In this document: piece after piece, positions 30,610-39,290 of the stretch | How positions within the stretch are numbered: position 1 is the first letter of the stretch | Layout of the letters: the number at the start of each line of letters is the position of its first letter | From: Cytophagales bacterium | Lineage (GTDB): Bacteria > Bacteroidota > Bacteroidia > Cytophagales > JAHDFW01 | DNA: 64,000 bases | NCBI GenBank assembly: GCA_020627945.1 | Contig: JAHDFW010000003.1 | Span: 7,599-71,598, forward strand | Direction: 5' to 3' | Notes under the pieces: model-generated | Databases searched by the model: none | Told to the model about the DNA's origin: nothing | The model's input: the letters and a program-made list of their open reading frames with translations, nothing else | Position numbers and translations under genes: made by a program

Positions 30610-31368
30610 ATGATTCAATTGTCGGTTGTAATAATTTCGTACAACGAAGAAAAAAACATTGGAAGATGTTTAGATTCGGTACTAGGCATTGCGGACGATA
30701 TTGTCGTGGTGGATTCTGGTTCAACCGATGCAACCATTGAAATTGCAACTCAAAAAGGAGCTCGAGTTATTCATCAGGATTTTCTTGGCCACATCGAACA
30801 AAAGAACTTTGCTATAACACACGCAAAATATCAACACATATTGTCATTGGATTCTGATGAAGCTCTTGACGAACAACTAAAAATCAGCATTTTAAAAGTA
30901 AAAAACAACTGGAATGCCGACGGTTATGTAATGAACAGGCTTACGAATTATTGTGGCAAATGGATCAGACATACAGGCTGGTATCCTGATAAAAAATTAC
31001 GTCTTTGGGACAGTAGCAAAGGTAAATGGACCGGAACTAATCCCCACGATAGATACGAAATGAAATCAGGAAGCTCAATCCAACACCTTAAAGGTGACCT
31101 TCTGCACTATTCATTTTATACCATTAATCAGCATTTGGAGCAAATTCGCTACTTCACAGATATCTCATCAAAGGCATTATTTGAAAAAGGTAAAAAAGCT
31201 ACGCTCCTTCATATTCTTTTTAGTCCTGTGGTCAAATTTATACGAGACTATATTATAAAAGCAGGTTTTTTAGATGGCTACTATGGTTTAATAATCAGTG
31301 TTAATTCTGCTCACGCCAAGTTTTTAAAGTACACGAAACTCCGCGCACTTTGGAAGGATGCGAAATAA
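30610..31368 (+). CDS. Family 2 glycosyltransferase (KdtX/WaaE-like)
   Basis: LSVVIISYNEEKNIGRCLDSVLGIADDIVVVDSGSTDATIEIA and LSLDSDEALDEQL. Confidence 0.9.
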   Translation: MIQLSVVIISYNEEKNIGRCLDSVLGIADDIVVVDSGSTDATIEIATQKGARVIHQDFLGHIEQKNFAITHAKYQHILSLDSDEALDEQLKISILKVKNNWNADGYVMNRLTNYCGKWIRHTGWYPDKKLRLWDSSKGKWTGTNPHDRYEMKSGSSIQHLKGDLLHYSFYTINQHLEQIRYFTDISSKALFEKGKKATLLHILFSPVVKFIRDYIIKAGFLDGYYGLIISVNSAHAKFLKYTKLRALWKDAK

Positions 31369-32479
31369 TATGGCAGGCAAAATAAGAATATTACATCTTT
31401 CTTCGGAAAGATCTTGGCGGGGAGGAGAACAGCAAATCGCCTACTTAATTGATGAATTAACTGATAATCATAATGTTATCAATTTTGTAGCTTGCCGTAA
31501 GAAATCCGCGTTCGAGCAACATTGTAAGGACCACGGAATCAAAAATTTTACTCTTCCATTTGCCAACGAATTTGATATTTATACTGCTTGGAAAGTTCGA
31601 TCAATTTGTAAAAAAGAAAATATTGATATCGTACATATTCACAGTGGTCATTCCCATGCAATTGCTGTTTGGTCTTCCATTTTAGGTAATTCAAGCAAAC
31701 TCATTTTAAGCCGACGAGTGGATTTCCCGATAAAACGCAACTGGTTTTCTCGTTTCAAATACAACTATAGAGGTATTGCAAAAATCATTTGTGTTTCGGA
31801 AGCTATTCAGAAAATCATGGAGCAAGATTTAAAAGATCCTCGGAAGTGTCTAACGATTCACAGTGGGATTGACTTAAATCGATTTCAAAATATTGAAGTT
31901 AGTCCTGTTACTATTCAAGAGGAATTAAAAATACCTAAAGACCAAAAAATCGTTGCTAATATATCGGCAATTGCACCTCATAAAGATTACTTTACTTTTG
32001 TTGACACTGCCGAAAAAGTAATTAAAAAAAGAAAAAACACCACTTTTTTAATCGTTGGAGAAGGTCCTGAAAAAGCCTATATAGCTCGTTACATTTCAGA
32101 AAAAAAACTACAAAATAAGATTATATTAACAGGTTTTAGAAGAGATGTACCTAACTTATTTAGACAAATTGATGCCCTGCTGATTACTTCTAAAACCGAA
32201 GGGTTAGGAACCACAATCCTTGATGCATTTGCCAACAAAGTTCCAGTAATAGCAACCAATGCAGGAGGCATACCTGAAGCGATCGAGCATAAAATTACAG
32301 GTATGTTATCGGAAGTTGGAGATTCAGATAATTTAGCCCATAATATTATTGAAATTTTAGAAGACGAAACTTTAACAAAAGTGTTGACCGAAAATGGTTA
32401 TACAAAACTAAAAGAGCATTTTACTAAACAAACGACGGCTTTTAGAACTTTTCAGGTGTACCAAAAATGCCTTAAGTAA
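31358..32479 (+). CDS. Family 4-type glycosyltransferase
   Basis: RILHLSSERSWRGGEQQIAYLIDEL, VGEGPEKAYIARYI, IILTGFRRDVPNLFRQIDALLITSKTEGLGTTILDAFANKVPVIATNAGGIPEAI. Overlaps the preceding gene by 11 bp. Confidence 0.92.
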   Translation: MRNNMAGKIRILHLSSERSWRGGEQQIAYLIDELTDNHNVINFVACRKKSAFEQHCKDHGIKNFTLPFANEFDIYTAWKVRSICKKENIDIVHIHSGHSHAIAVWSSILGNSSKLILSRRVDFPIKRNWFSRFKYNYRGIAKIICVSEAIQKIMEQDLKDPRKCLTIHSGIDLNRFQNIEVSPVTIQEELKIPKDQKIVANISAIAPHKDYFTFVDTAEKVIKKRKNTTFLIVGEGPEKAYIARYISEKKLQNKIILTGFRRDVPNLFRQIDALLITSKTEGLGTTILDAFANKVPVIATNAGGIPEAIEHKITGMLSEVGDSDNLAHNIIEILEDETLTKVLTENGYTKLKEHFTKQTTAFRTFQVYQKCLK

Positions 32480-32585
32480 GTCCACTCAAAGTCTGGAAGC
32501 ATTTTGACTAGAAAAAGTTCTATTTTTCATTAGTAAATGCCTATATTTACTCATTGTTTATTAGCCGAATTGCATTATCTTAAGA

Positions 32586-35500
32586 ATGGGTCTATTAAGA
32601 GCATTAAGCATTGAAAAAGGTGAGGGTACATCTGTAGCTCTCATGATGGCGCAGTCATTTTTTCTGGGAGCGTTCATTATGACATTTCAGATTAGTGCTA
32701 ACGCCATGTTCTTGAAAGAGGTAGGTGGAGATTCACTTACGCTCGCATATTTGATATCTGGGATAATGGGTATGACCCTAACCTTGATTTTTTCTTTCCT
32801 CCAAAAACGAATTCCGTTTAGAATCCTTGCAATTGCGACATATTTAATTGTTGCTGTGTCCACGATCGGGCTTTGGTGGAGTTTTCATTATCATATTTTT
32901 TCCGATTATCACCTGGTATACTTTGTGTTCTTGATTGTAGGACCATTTATAGCGTTGGTAGCCTATATCACCTTCTGGGGTGTAATGGGTAGGATTTTTA
33001 ACCTAAAACAAGCTAAACGATTATTTGGTTTAATTGACTCTGGACAGATTCTAGCGATGATTCTGGTCTCTTTCGCAATCCCATTTTTAACTAACATTCT
33101 TCCAAATACAAAAGATTTGGTTCTCATAAGTGGGGCAAGTCTAGCAGTTGCGTTTTTTATTCAAATCATAGTTTCGTTTAAATATGGTTCTGAATTCGAT
33201 GCGGCCGAAAAAGCTAGCTCCGATGATGGTGGTGGTAGTGCTTCCGAAGCTAAAATTTCAAAATATCTGAAGAACCCATACATCGTGATGATGGCGCTAT
33301 TCGTTTTTATTTCGATGCTAGTGCAGTTTTTTGTTGAGTTCTCCTTCATGAAAACTGTAAACAATCAATATCCGGGGGAGCATGAATTAACAAACTTTTT
33401 CGGTTTCTTCATGGGTACATTACTGATTTTCAGTTTTGTATTTAAATCTTTCCTTTATGGTAAACTAATCCAAATGTATGGATTGAAGGTGAACCTACTT
33501 ATTTTGCCGATTGTATTAGTTTTCTTTACCGTTATTGCTGCCATAATGGGAACTTTAGACAGTTACGAAGGAGCTCCAAATACTTTCGTACTCTTCTTTA
33601 TGTTCATAATCTCCAGTAAGTTATTCGCACAATCTCTTAGGGTTTCAATTGAGGTTCCTGCGTTCAAAACTTTCTACCAACCACTGGATCGCGGGATCCG
33701 ATTCGATGTACAATCGAGAATTGATGGGTTCGTAAATGAGTTGTCAGCAACACTTGGAGGAGCTATTTTATGGATACTAGAATTGGCTGGTTTCAAATTA
33801 ATTCACTTTTCATGGCTATTGATTCCAATTATTGGCCTTTGGGCATATCTGACATTTAGACTTTATGATCGTTACCAAATCACTCTACGTGAATCTCTTT
33901 CCAACATTAAATCTGGTTTAAACAATGCGGGGGCTAAAGTAGCCCAAATGTTAGGTATTTCATCACTTCTTCAAAATCAAATATCTGCCTCAGATAAAGG
34001 TGATGCAATAAATGCCATTAAAATATCGAATCAACTCTCACCTGTATTGTACCTAGAGGCCCTTACACAGTCTTTGGAATCAAACAACACTGAGATAAGA
34101 AGTTTTGCCGCACAACAGCTAAACGCTAATAACGAATTTAGAACACTAAATACCGTCAAGGACAAAGTAGAATCGGAAAATCAAGAAGGAATTCGTTCTG
34201 AACTTTTTCATTTGATGGAAGAAGCTAATCAATATTCGAATAACAAAATCGATGACACCAGATTAATCAGAATGGCTCGCTCAAAGAAGAAGCAGGACAG
34301 AATTAATCTTTGCAAAATTTTAACTCTAGAGGCTTATAAAGAAAATAGAGGGATTTTGGCAGAACTGTTGCGTGACGTAGATCCGAAAGTACGTAAAGAG
34401 GCAATTATGTCTGTGGTTAAATTGAAAGAAGAAGAGTTATACCTTCCGATGATTGACAATTTGGCTAAAAATGAATACCGAAATAGTACTATTCATGCGA
34501 TTCTAGCACTGGGTAAAGATATATTAGAAGCACTTAACACCTCATTTTACAAAGCAGGTTTTAATGGTGATACACTAGTGTTAGTTGTCGATTTAATTGG
34601 AGAAATAAACGGAGAGAAGAGTCAGGATTATCTTGAAGAAAAACTTACCGTACCCGATATGCAAGTGGTAGATGCTGTAATGATTGCTCTACACAAATGT
34701 GGATATCAAGCTTCTGAAGAACAAAAAGGGAAAATTATTCAAGCTATTGATGACACAATTGGGGTAACCATGTGGAACTTCGCTTCATCAATTGAGGCAA
34801 AAAAACATAAATTAGGTCAGGATCTATCAGAAGCTATTAACCTTGAAATCAAGAGTAATTTTGATCATATATTTTTACTTCTGGGGTTAATCTATGATAC
34901 TCAGTCAATTAAACACATCAAGCAAAATATTGAAAGTGGAACAGCTGAGGGAATTAGTTTCGCCATTGAGTTGCTGGATATCTTTGTAGATGAACAATTA
35001 AAACAAAAGCTCTTCCCTATTTTAGATGATATTACGCCTGAAGAAAAGGTAAGTATACTGCAACCTTTTTATCCAAGGTTTGAATTAACTAAGGAAGAAT
35101 CCTTAAAAAGCATATTAAATCGAAGTTACACAGAAATTAACCGTTGGTCTCGAATTTGCGCGATCCAAAGTTATAAGGAGATGGAAAATGGAGCTATTTC
35201 CGACGATTTAGTGGCTCATATTTTCAACCCTGATTATGGTATCAGAGAAGCTGCAGGTTTAGCATTAAGGAAAATAGATCTTAAAAAATATCGCGAAGTA
35301 AGCTATAGATTAGAAGATCATGAAAGAGTTGAATTGAATGAAAAAGTTAATGACATTGAGCAGGGGAATGCATTAAGTATTTTTGAATTGGTGAAGATGC
35401 TTTTAGAAATTCCGGCACTATCTAACTGCTCGGGAAATCATTTGGTAGATCTAGCTGAACATATGAATCAGATGATTTATTTAGAAGGAGATGCAGTTCT

Positions 35501-35828
35501 AAGTTTGACCGAAAATGACAACAAGGATTTCTTAAAGGTAATCTGGAAAGGAAAAGTAAGCATTAAAGATACAGAAGGCAACCTGTTGAATTCATTCAAA
35601 CAGGGGGAAATATTCAGTAGCTATCAATTACAAGATTACCAAGGTAAGGGAGAGCTAAAAATGATTTGTGAACAAAACACCTCCGTTTATTCTTTAGATG
35701 GAGCTTATTTGTACCAACTACTAGTCGAAAATGACAAGTTAGCCAACGCAGTTCTACAAGTGTTAAACGGAAATGGGAAACTGGACAGCGACATAAAGAA
35801 TAATAATTTAGAATCAGTAGTCAGTTAA
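32586..35828 (+). CDS. Multi-TM nucleotide-transporter-like (Npt/Tlc, MFS-like) protein fused to HEAT repeats and a C-terminal cNMP-binding-like domain
   Basis: About 12 hydrophobic segments in the N-terminal ~430 aa; a helical-repeat region (LRDVDPKVRKEAIMSVVKLKEEELYLPMI); C-terminal MIYLEGDAVLSLTENDNKDFLKVIWKGKVSIKDTEGNLLNSFKQGEIF resembles a cyclic-nucleotide-binding fold. Confidence 0.75.
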   Translation: MGLLRALSIEKGEGTSVALMMAQSFFLGAFIMTFQISANAMFLKEVGGDSLTLAYLISGIMGMTLTLIFSFLQKRIPFRILAIATYLIVAVSTIGLWWSFHYHIFSDYHLVYFVFLIVGPFIALVAYITFWGVMGRIFNLKQAKRLFGLIDSGQILAMILVSFAIPFLTNILPNTKDLVLISGASLAVAFFIQIIVSFKYGSEFDAAEKASSDDGGGSASEAKISKYLKNPYIVMMALFVFISMLVQFFVEFSFMKTVNNQYPGEHELTNFFGFFMGTLLIFSFVFKSFLYGKLIQMYGLKVNLLILPIVLVFFTVIAAIMGTLDSYEGAPNTFVLFFMFIISSKLFAQSLRVSIEVPAFKTFYQPLDRGIRFDVQSRIDGFVNELSATLGGAILWILELAGFKLIHFSWLLIPIIGLWAYLTFRLYDRYQITLRESLSNIKSGLNNAGAKVAQMLGISSLLQNQISASDKGDAINAIKISNQLSPVLYLEALTQSLESNNTEIRSFAAQQLNANNEFRTLNTVKDKVESENQEGIRSELFHLMEEANQYSNNKIDDTRLIRMARSKKKQDRINLCKILTLEAYKENRGILAELLRDVDPKVRKEAIMSVVKLKEEELYLPMIDNLAKNEYRNSTIHAILALGKDILEALNTSFYKAGFNGDTLVLVVDLIGEINGEKSQDYLEEKLTVPDMQVVDAVMIALHKCGYQASEEQKGKIIQAIDDTIGVTMWNFASSIEAKKHKLGQDLSEAINLEIKSNFDHIFLLLGLIYDTQSIKHIKQNIESGTAEGISFAIELLDIFVDEQLKQKLFPILDDITPEEKVSILQPFYPRFELTKEESLKSILNRSYTEINRWSRICAIQSYKEMENGAISDDLVAHIFNPDYGIREAAGLALRKIDLKKYREVSYRLEDHERVELNEKVNDIEQGNALSIFELVKMLLEIPALSNCSGNHLVDLAEHMNQMIYLEGDAVLSLTENDNKDFLKVIWKGKVSIKDTEGNLLNSFKQGEIFSSYQLQDYQGKGELKMICEQNTSVYSLDGAYLYQLLVENDKLANAVLQVLNGNGKLDSDIKNNNLESVVS

Positions 35829-35836
35829 GAAGTAAG

Positions 35837-37789
35837 ATGAAAAGAACTACCATATTTAGTCAGCTGATTGTAAATATCATTATTCCAGTAACGATAGCTT
35901 TAGTAATCCTTGCTGTATTCTTTTTCCTGACGATTAAGTCCTTTATGCAGGCTAAAAATGTCACCAATAATAAGAATATCTCCAAGGAAATAAAAACGGT
36001 AATGAGATTCCAGGATTTATCGTTAAGTATGGTTGAAGAGGAACTAGGAGAAAAAATGCTTAGTGTAACTTCTCGATTGGTTAACGATTATTTTCTTATC
36101 ACGGATAGCATCGAACATGCTGATTTGAAAAAACTACAAAAGGAATTGAATATGGTTCCTGGACAGGAAGACATATATATCATTAATTTAGATGGTAAAA
36201 TTGTCAATTCTACTTTCGAAGATGACATTGGTTTTGAGTTTTTCAGTCTTGGAGAGAAGTATAAGCAATTTTTGCTTAATGTATTTAATGATGGACGATT
36301 TCATATGGATCGATTCTCACCTGAGGCTAAAACTAACAAACTTAAAAAATACTCATATAGGGCCACACAGGATGGGAAATACATTATTGAACTTGGCTTT
36401 TATTCTGAAAGTGCAAATCATGTGGTCAATCAAGCACGACGGGAAATAAACGGGTTGGATAGTGGGCATGCAAGTATTGAAAAAGTTGACCTGTTTTTTG
36501 GTAGTGAAAACCCTGTTTGTTTTAGTAATCCAGATGAAAAAATTAACGAAGAAAACATAAAAATATATCAAAGGGCATTGGAGAAAAAATCCAATATGGA
36601 ATTTGATAGGAACGACCTTCATTACGAATTCATTTATTTCTACCAGAGTAAATCTGAACTTTTCAAGCATGGAGTAATTCGTATTGTGTCTGATCGTAGC
36701 GCTGATAAAAAATCCTTAATCAGTCAATTAACATTGCTCTTAGTGATATTTGGTGCAGTTGTTATGATAGTATTCTTCCTTATTATTCGACGCTCAAAAG
36801 CGATTAGTAACCCTATCAAAAACCTGGCTACTAGCGTTACAAACATTTCTGATGGAGACCTAAGTGCTCGTACTGAAGTAGTAGGTAACAATGAGATCAC
36901 TACCCTATCTGAACAGTTTAACGAAATGCTTGAACGACTTCAGAAATCACATGATAGTCTAGAGCAAAAAGTAATAGAAAGAACAGCAGAAATCTTTACA
37001 CAAAAAGAGAAGATCGAAGCTCAAAACCATCAGATTACAGATAGTATAAGATATGCGAAACGTATTCAAACCGCTATCCTACCTTCCGATGAAGTACTAG
37101 AAAACAATATCAAGCAACACTTTGTTCTATTTAAACCTAGAGACATTGTAAGTGGTGATTTTTATTGGACTGGAAAACGTGATGGATTAGCCATTATTGT
37201 AGCTGCTGATTGTACTGGACACGGAGTCCCTGGAGCATTTATGAGTATGATTGGTAATACACTTCTAAATCAGATCGTAAACGAAAGAGGAATTACTAAA
37301 CCAAGTGATATCCTTTGGAATATGAGAAAGGAAATTCTTAACCTTCTTTCTCAAAAAGGAAGTAAAGCAGTAACAAAAAATAAAGATGGAATGGATATGT
37401 CCATCTGTACCATCAATTACGATACCCTAGAGGTGCAATATTCTGGTGCGAATAATCCTTTGTTCTACATAAGAGATGAAAAACTTACCGTAATTAAAGG
37501 AAGTCGCCAACCTGTAGGATCTCATATACTGGAAAATGAACCATTCGAAAACCACGAGCTTCAAATGAAGCCTGGAGATCGTATGTATATTTTCAGTGAT
37601 GGTTACCAAGACCAATACGGTGGAGATGAAAATAGGAAATTCATGGTAGGTCGTTTAAAGCGATTCTTCGTGGAAATCCATAAAAAGCCATTAGGTACTC
37701 AAAAAGAAATAATGAATCAGACCATCGAAGAATGGATGGCTGATAAAAAACAAATTGACGATATTCTAGTAATAGGAATTAAACTTTAG
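35837..37789 (+). CDS. Membrane sensor with periplasmic domain, HAMP, coiled coil and SpoIIE/PP2C-type phosphatase
   Basis: TM1 (LIVNIIIPVTIALVILAVFFFL) and TM2 (LTLLLVIFGAVVMIVFFLII); HAMP (ISNPIKNLATSVTNISDGDLSARTEVVGNNEITTLSEQFNEML); SpoIIE motifs FKPRDIVSGDFYW, ADCTGHGVPGAFMSMIG, YSGANNPLFYIRD and GDRMYIFSDGYQDQYGG. Confidence 0.93.
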   Translation: MKRTTIFSQLIVNIIIPVTIALVILAVFFFLTIKSFMQAKNVTNNKNISKEIKTVMRFQDLSLSMVEEELGEKMLSVTSRLVNDYFLITDSIEHADLKKLQKELNMVPGQEDIYIINLDGKIVNSTFEDDIGFEFFSLGEKYKQFLLNVFNDGRFHMDRFSPEAKTNKLKKYSYRATQDGKYIIELGFYSESANHVVNQARREINGLDSGHASIEKVDLFFGSENPVCFSNPDEKINEENIKIYQRALEKKSNMEFDRNDLHYEFIYFYQSKSELFKHGVIRIVSDRSADKKSLISQLTLLLVIFGAVVMIVFFLIIRRSKAISNPIKNLATSVTNISDGDLSARTEVVGNNEITTLSEQFNEMLERLQKSHDSLEQKVIERTAEIFTQKEKIEAQNHQITDSIRYAKRIQTAILPSDEVLENNIKQHFVLFKPRDIVSGDFYWTGKRDGLAIIVAADCTGHGVPGAFMSMIGNTLLNQIVNERGITKPSDILWNMRKEILNLLSQKGSKAVTKNKDGMDMSICTINYDTLEVQYSGANNPLFYIRDEKLTVIKGSRQPVGSHILENEPFENHELQMKPGDRMYIFSDGYQDQYGGDENRKFMVGRLKRFFVEIHKKPLGTQKEIMNQTIEEWMADKKQIDDILVIGIKL

Positions 37790-37792
37790 CGG

Positions 37793-39280
37793 ATGAAATA
37801 TCAATACGACGCGTATATAAGTTTCTCAGATCGAGATAACATCGAATCCGAAGGATATGAAGGCTGGGTAACCAACTTCAATAAATTCTTAACCTCGGTG
37901 CTTACTCAGTTATTAAATAGAGAACCTAAAATAGTTCTTTCTTCGGAAAGAGAAGCGGCTAAGAAAGAACATGGTTATACAACTGAAGAACTGTTGAAAA
38001 ACACAGGAGCATTTGTTTCGGTTCTTTCAGACAATTACATACAAGACGAAAAATCACTAGATGAATTAGAATTATTTAATAAGCATCACCAGGAAAAAAT
38101 TAGGTTTTTCGAAGAAAGTGAACAACAAGAAGGTACTGGTTTATTTAAAGCCGTGAAAAGCCCTATTGATAGAGCTCAGCAACCCGATGCTATTAAGTCT
38201 CTATTGTCTTTCGATTTTTTTAGGTTTGATTCGGAGCAAAACACATTTGAAGAACTTGTTTCATATTTCGACTCATCAGCAAAGAAAACTTACTGGCTCA
38301 GTTTGGTTGATCTTGCTTACCACATATATTATGTAGTAAGTGATCAAGAAAGAGTTGTAGACTCAGGTCGAACTGTTTACTTGGCCGAAACCACACCTGA
38401 CCAATCACCATATCGTAACATTATAAAGCGTGAATTAGAAAGTCATGGGTTTAAGGTCCTACCAAGTTCCCCGCTTAATGTTAACTCCAATGAAATTGAA
38501 AACGAAATTAAGAATTATCTTAAGCAAAGCTCGTTAGCGATTCACATTATGGGAGAGCAATATGGAAATCACATTGGGGTTTCTGAGTATTCACTTCCTG
38601 AAATTCAAAATATGGTCGCAGCTGAATATTGCGAAGAAAATAATAAAAAAGAGGCGTTCATACCTTTCGAAAGATTGATTTGGATTTCACCAATTCTTAA
38701 TGTGCAAGATGAAAAACAAAAGGTATACCTAAGCCAATTGAAAAAGGATATTGATAGCCTTTCGGACGCCGAAATCGTTCAGACTCCTTTGGCTGTTTTT
38801 AAATCAATCGCATATAATAAGGCTAATCAGGATATAAATAACCTGAAAAGAAAACTGGCCCAAAAAGCAAATAACCAGAAAAAGTCGGTGTATCTGGTAC
38901 ACGGTAAGGAAGATTTACAAGCTGTAGCACCGCTAAAAGATTGGGTAACCAAAAATGGACTAGATCTTATTCCTTCAATTTTTGAAGGAGACCAATTTGA
39001 TCTTGTTCATAAACATCGTAATAACCTAGCCCAATGTGATGGTGTAATCATCTATTACGCTCATTACAATGAACAATGGGTTAGAATTAAACTAAGGGAT
39101 TTAATTAAAGCACCTGGATTTGGTAGAAAGAGTCCATTGGATACAACCGCTATTTACATGGGATTAGAAGATTCTAATGTAAAAGAACTGAGTGTAGACC
39201 AAGGATTGATCGTAATTGAAAATGAAGGTGATTTTAAATCTCATTTGATGGAAGAATTCCTTAACGACTTACTGAACTGA
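37793..39280 (+). CDS. Protein with three TIR/DUF4062-like segments
   Basis: Segment 1 YDAYISFSDRDN...GAFVSVLSDNYIQDEKSLDELELF; segment 2 RTVYLAETTPDQSPYRNIIKRELESHGFKVLP...EIENEIKNYLKQSSLAIHIMGEQYG; segment 3 KSVYLVHGKEDLQAVAPLKDWVTKNGLDLI...NLAQCDGVIIYYAHYNEQWVRIKLRDL. Confidence 0.78.
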   Translation: MKYQYDAYISFSDRDNIESEGYEGWVTNFNKFLTSVLTQLLNREPKIVLSSEREAAKKEHGYTTEELLKNTGAFVSVLSDNYIQDEKSLDELELFNKHHQEKIRFFEESEQQEGTGLFKAVKSPIDRAQQPDAIKSLLSFDFFRFDSEQNTFEELVSYFDSSAKKTYWLSLVDLAYHIYYVVSDQERVVDSGRTVYLAETTPDQSPYRNIIKRELESHGFKVLPSSPLNVNSNEIENEIKNYLKQSSLAIHIMGEQYGNHIGVSEYSLPEIQNMVAAEYCEENNKKEAFIPFERLIWISPILNVQDEKQKVYLSQLKKDIDSLSDAEIVQTPLAVFKSIAYNKANQDINNLKRKLAQKANNQKKSVYLVHGKEDLQAVAPLKDWVTKNGLDLIPSIFEGDQFDLVHKHRNNLAQCDGVIIYYAHYNEQWVRIKLRDLIKAPGFGRKSPLDTTAIYMGLEDSNVKELSVDQGLIVIENEGDFKSHLMEEFLNDLLN

Positions 39281-39290
39281 TAACAATACT

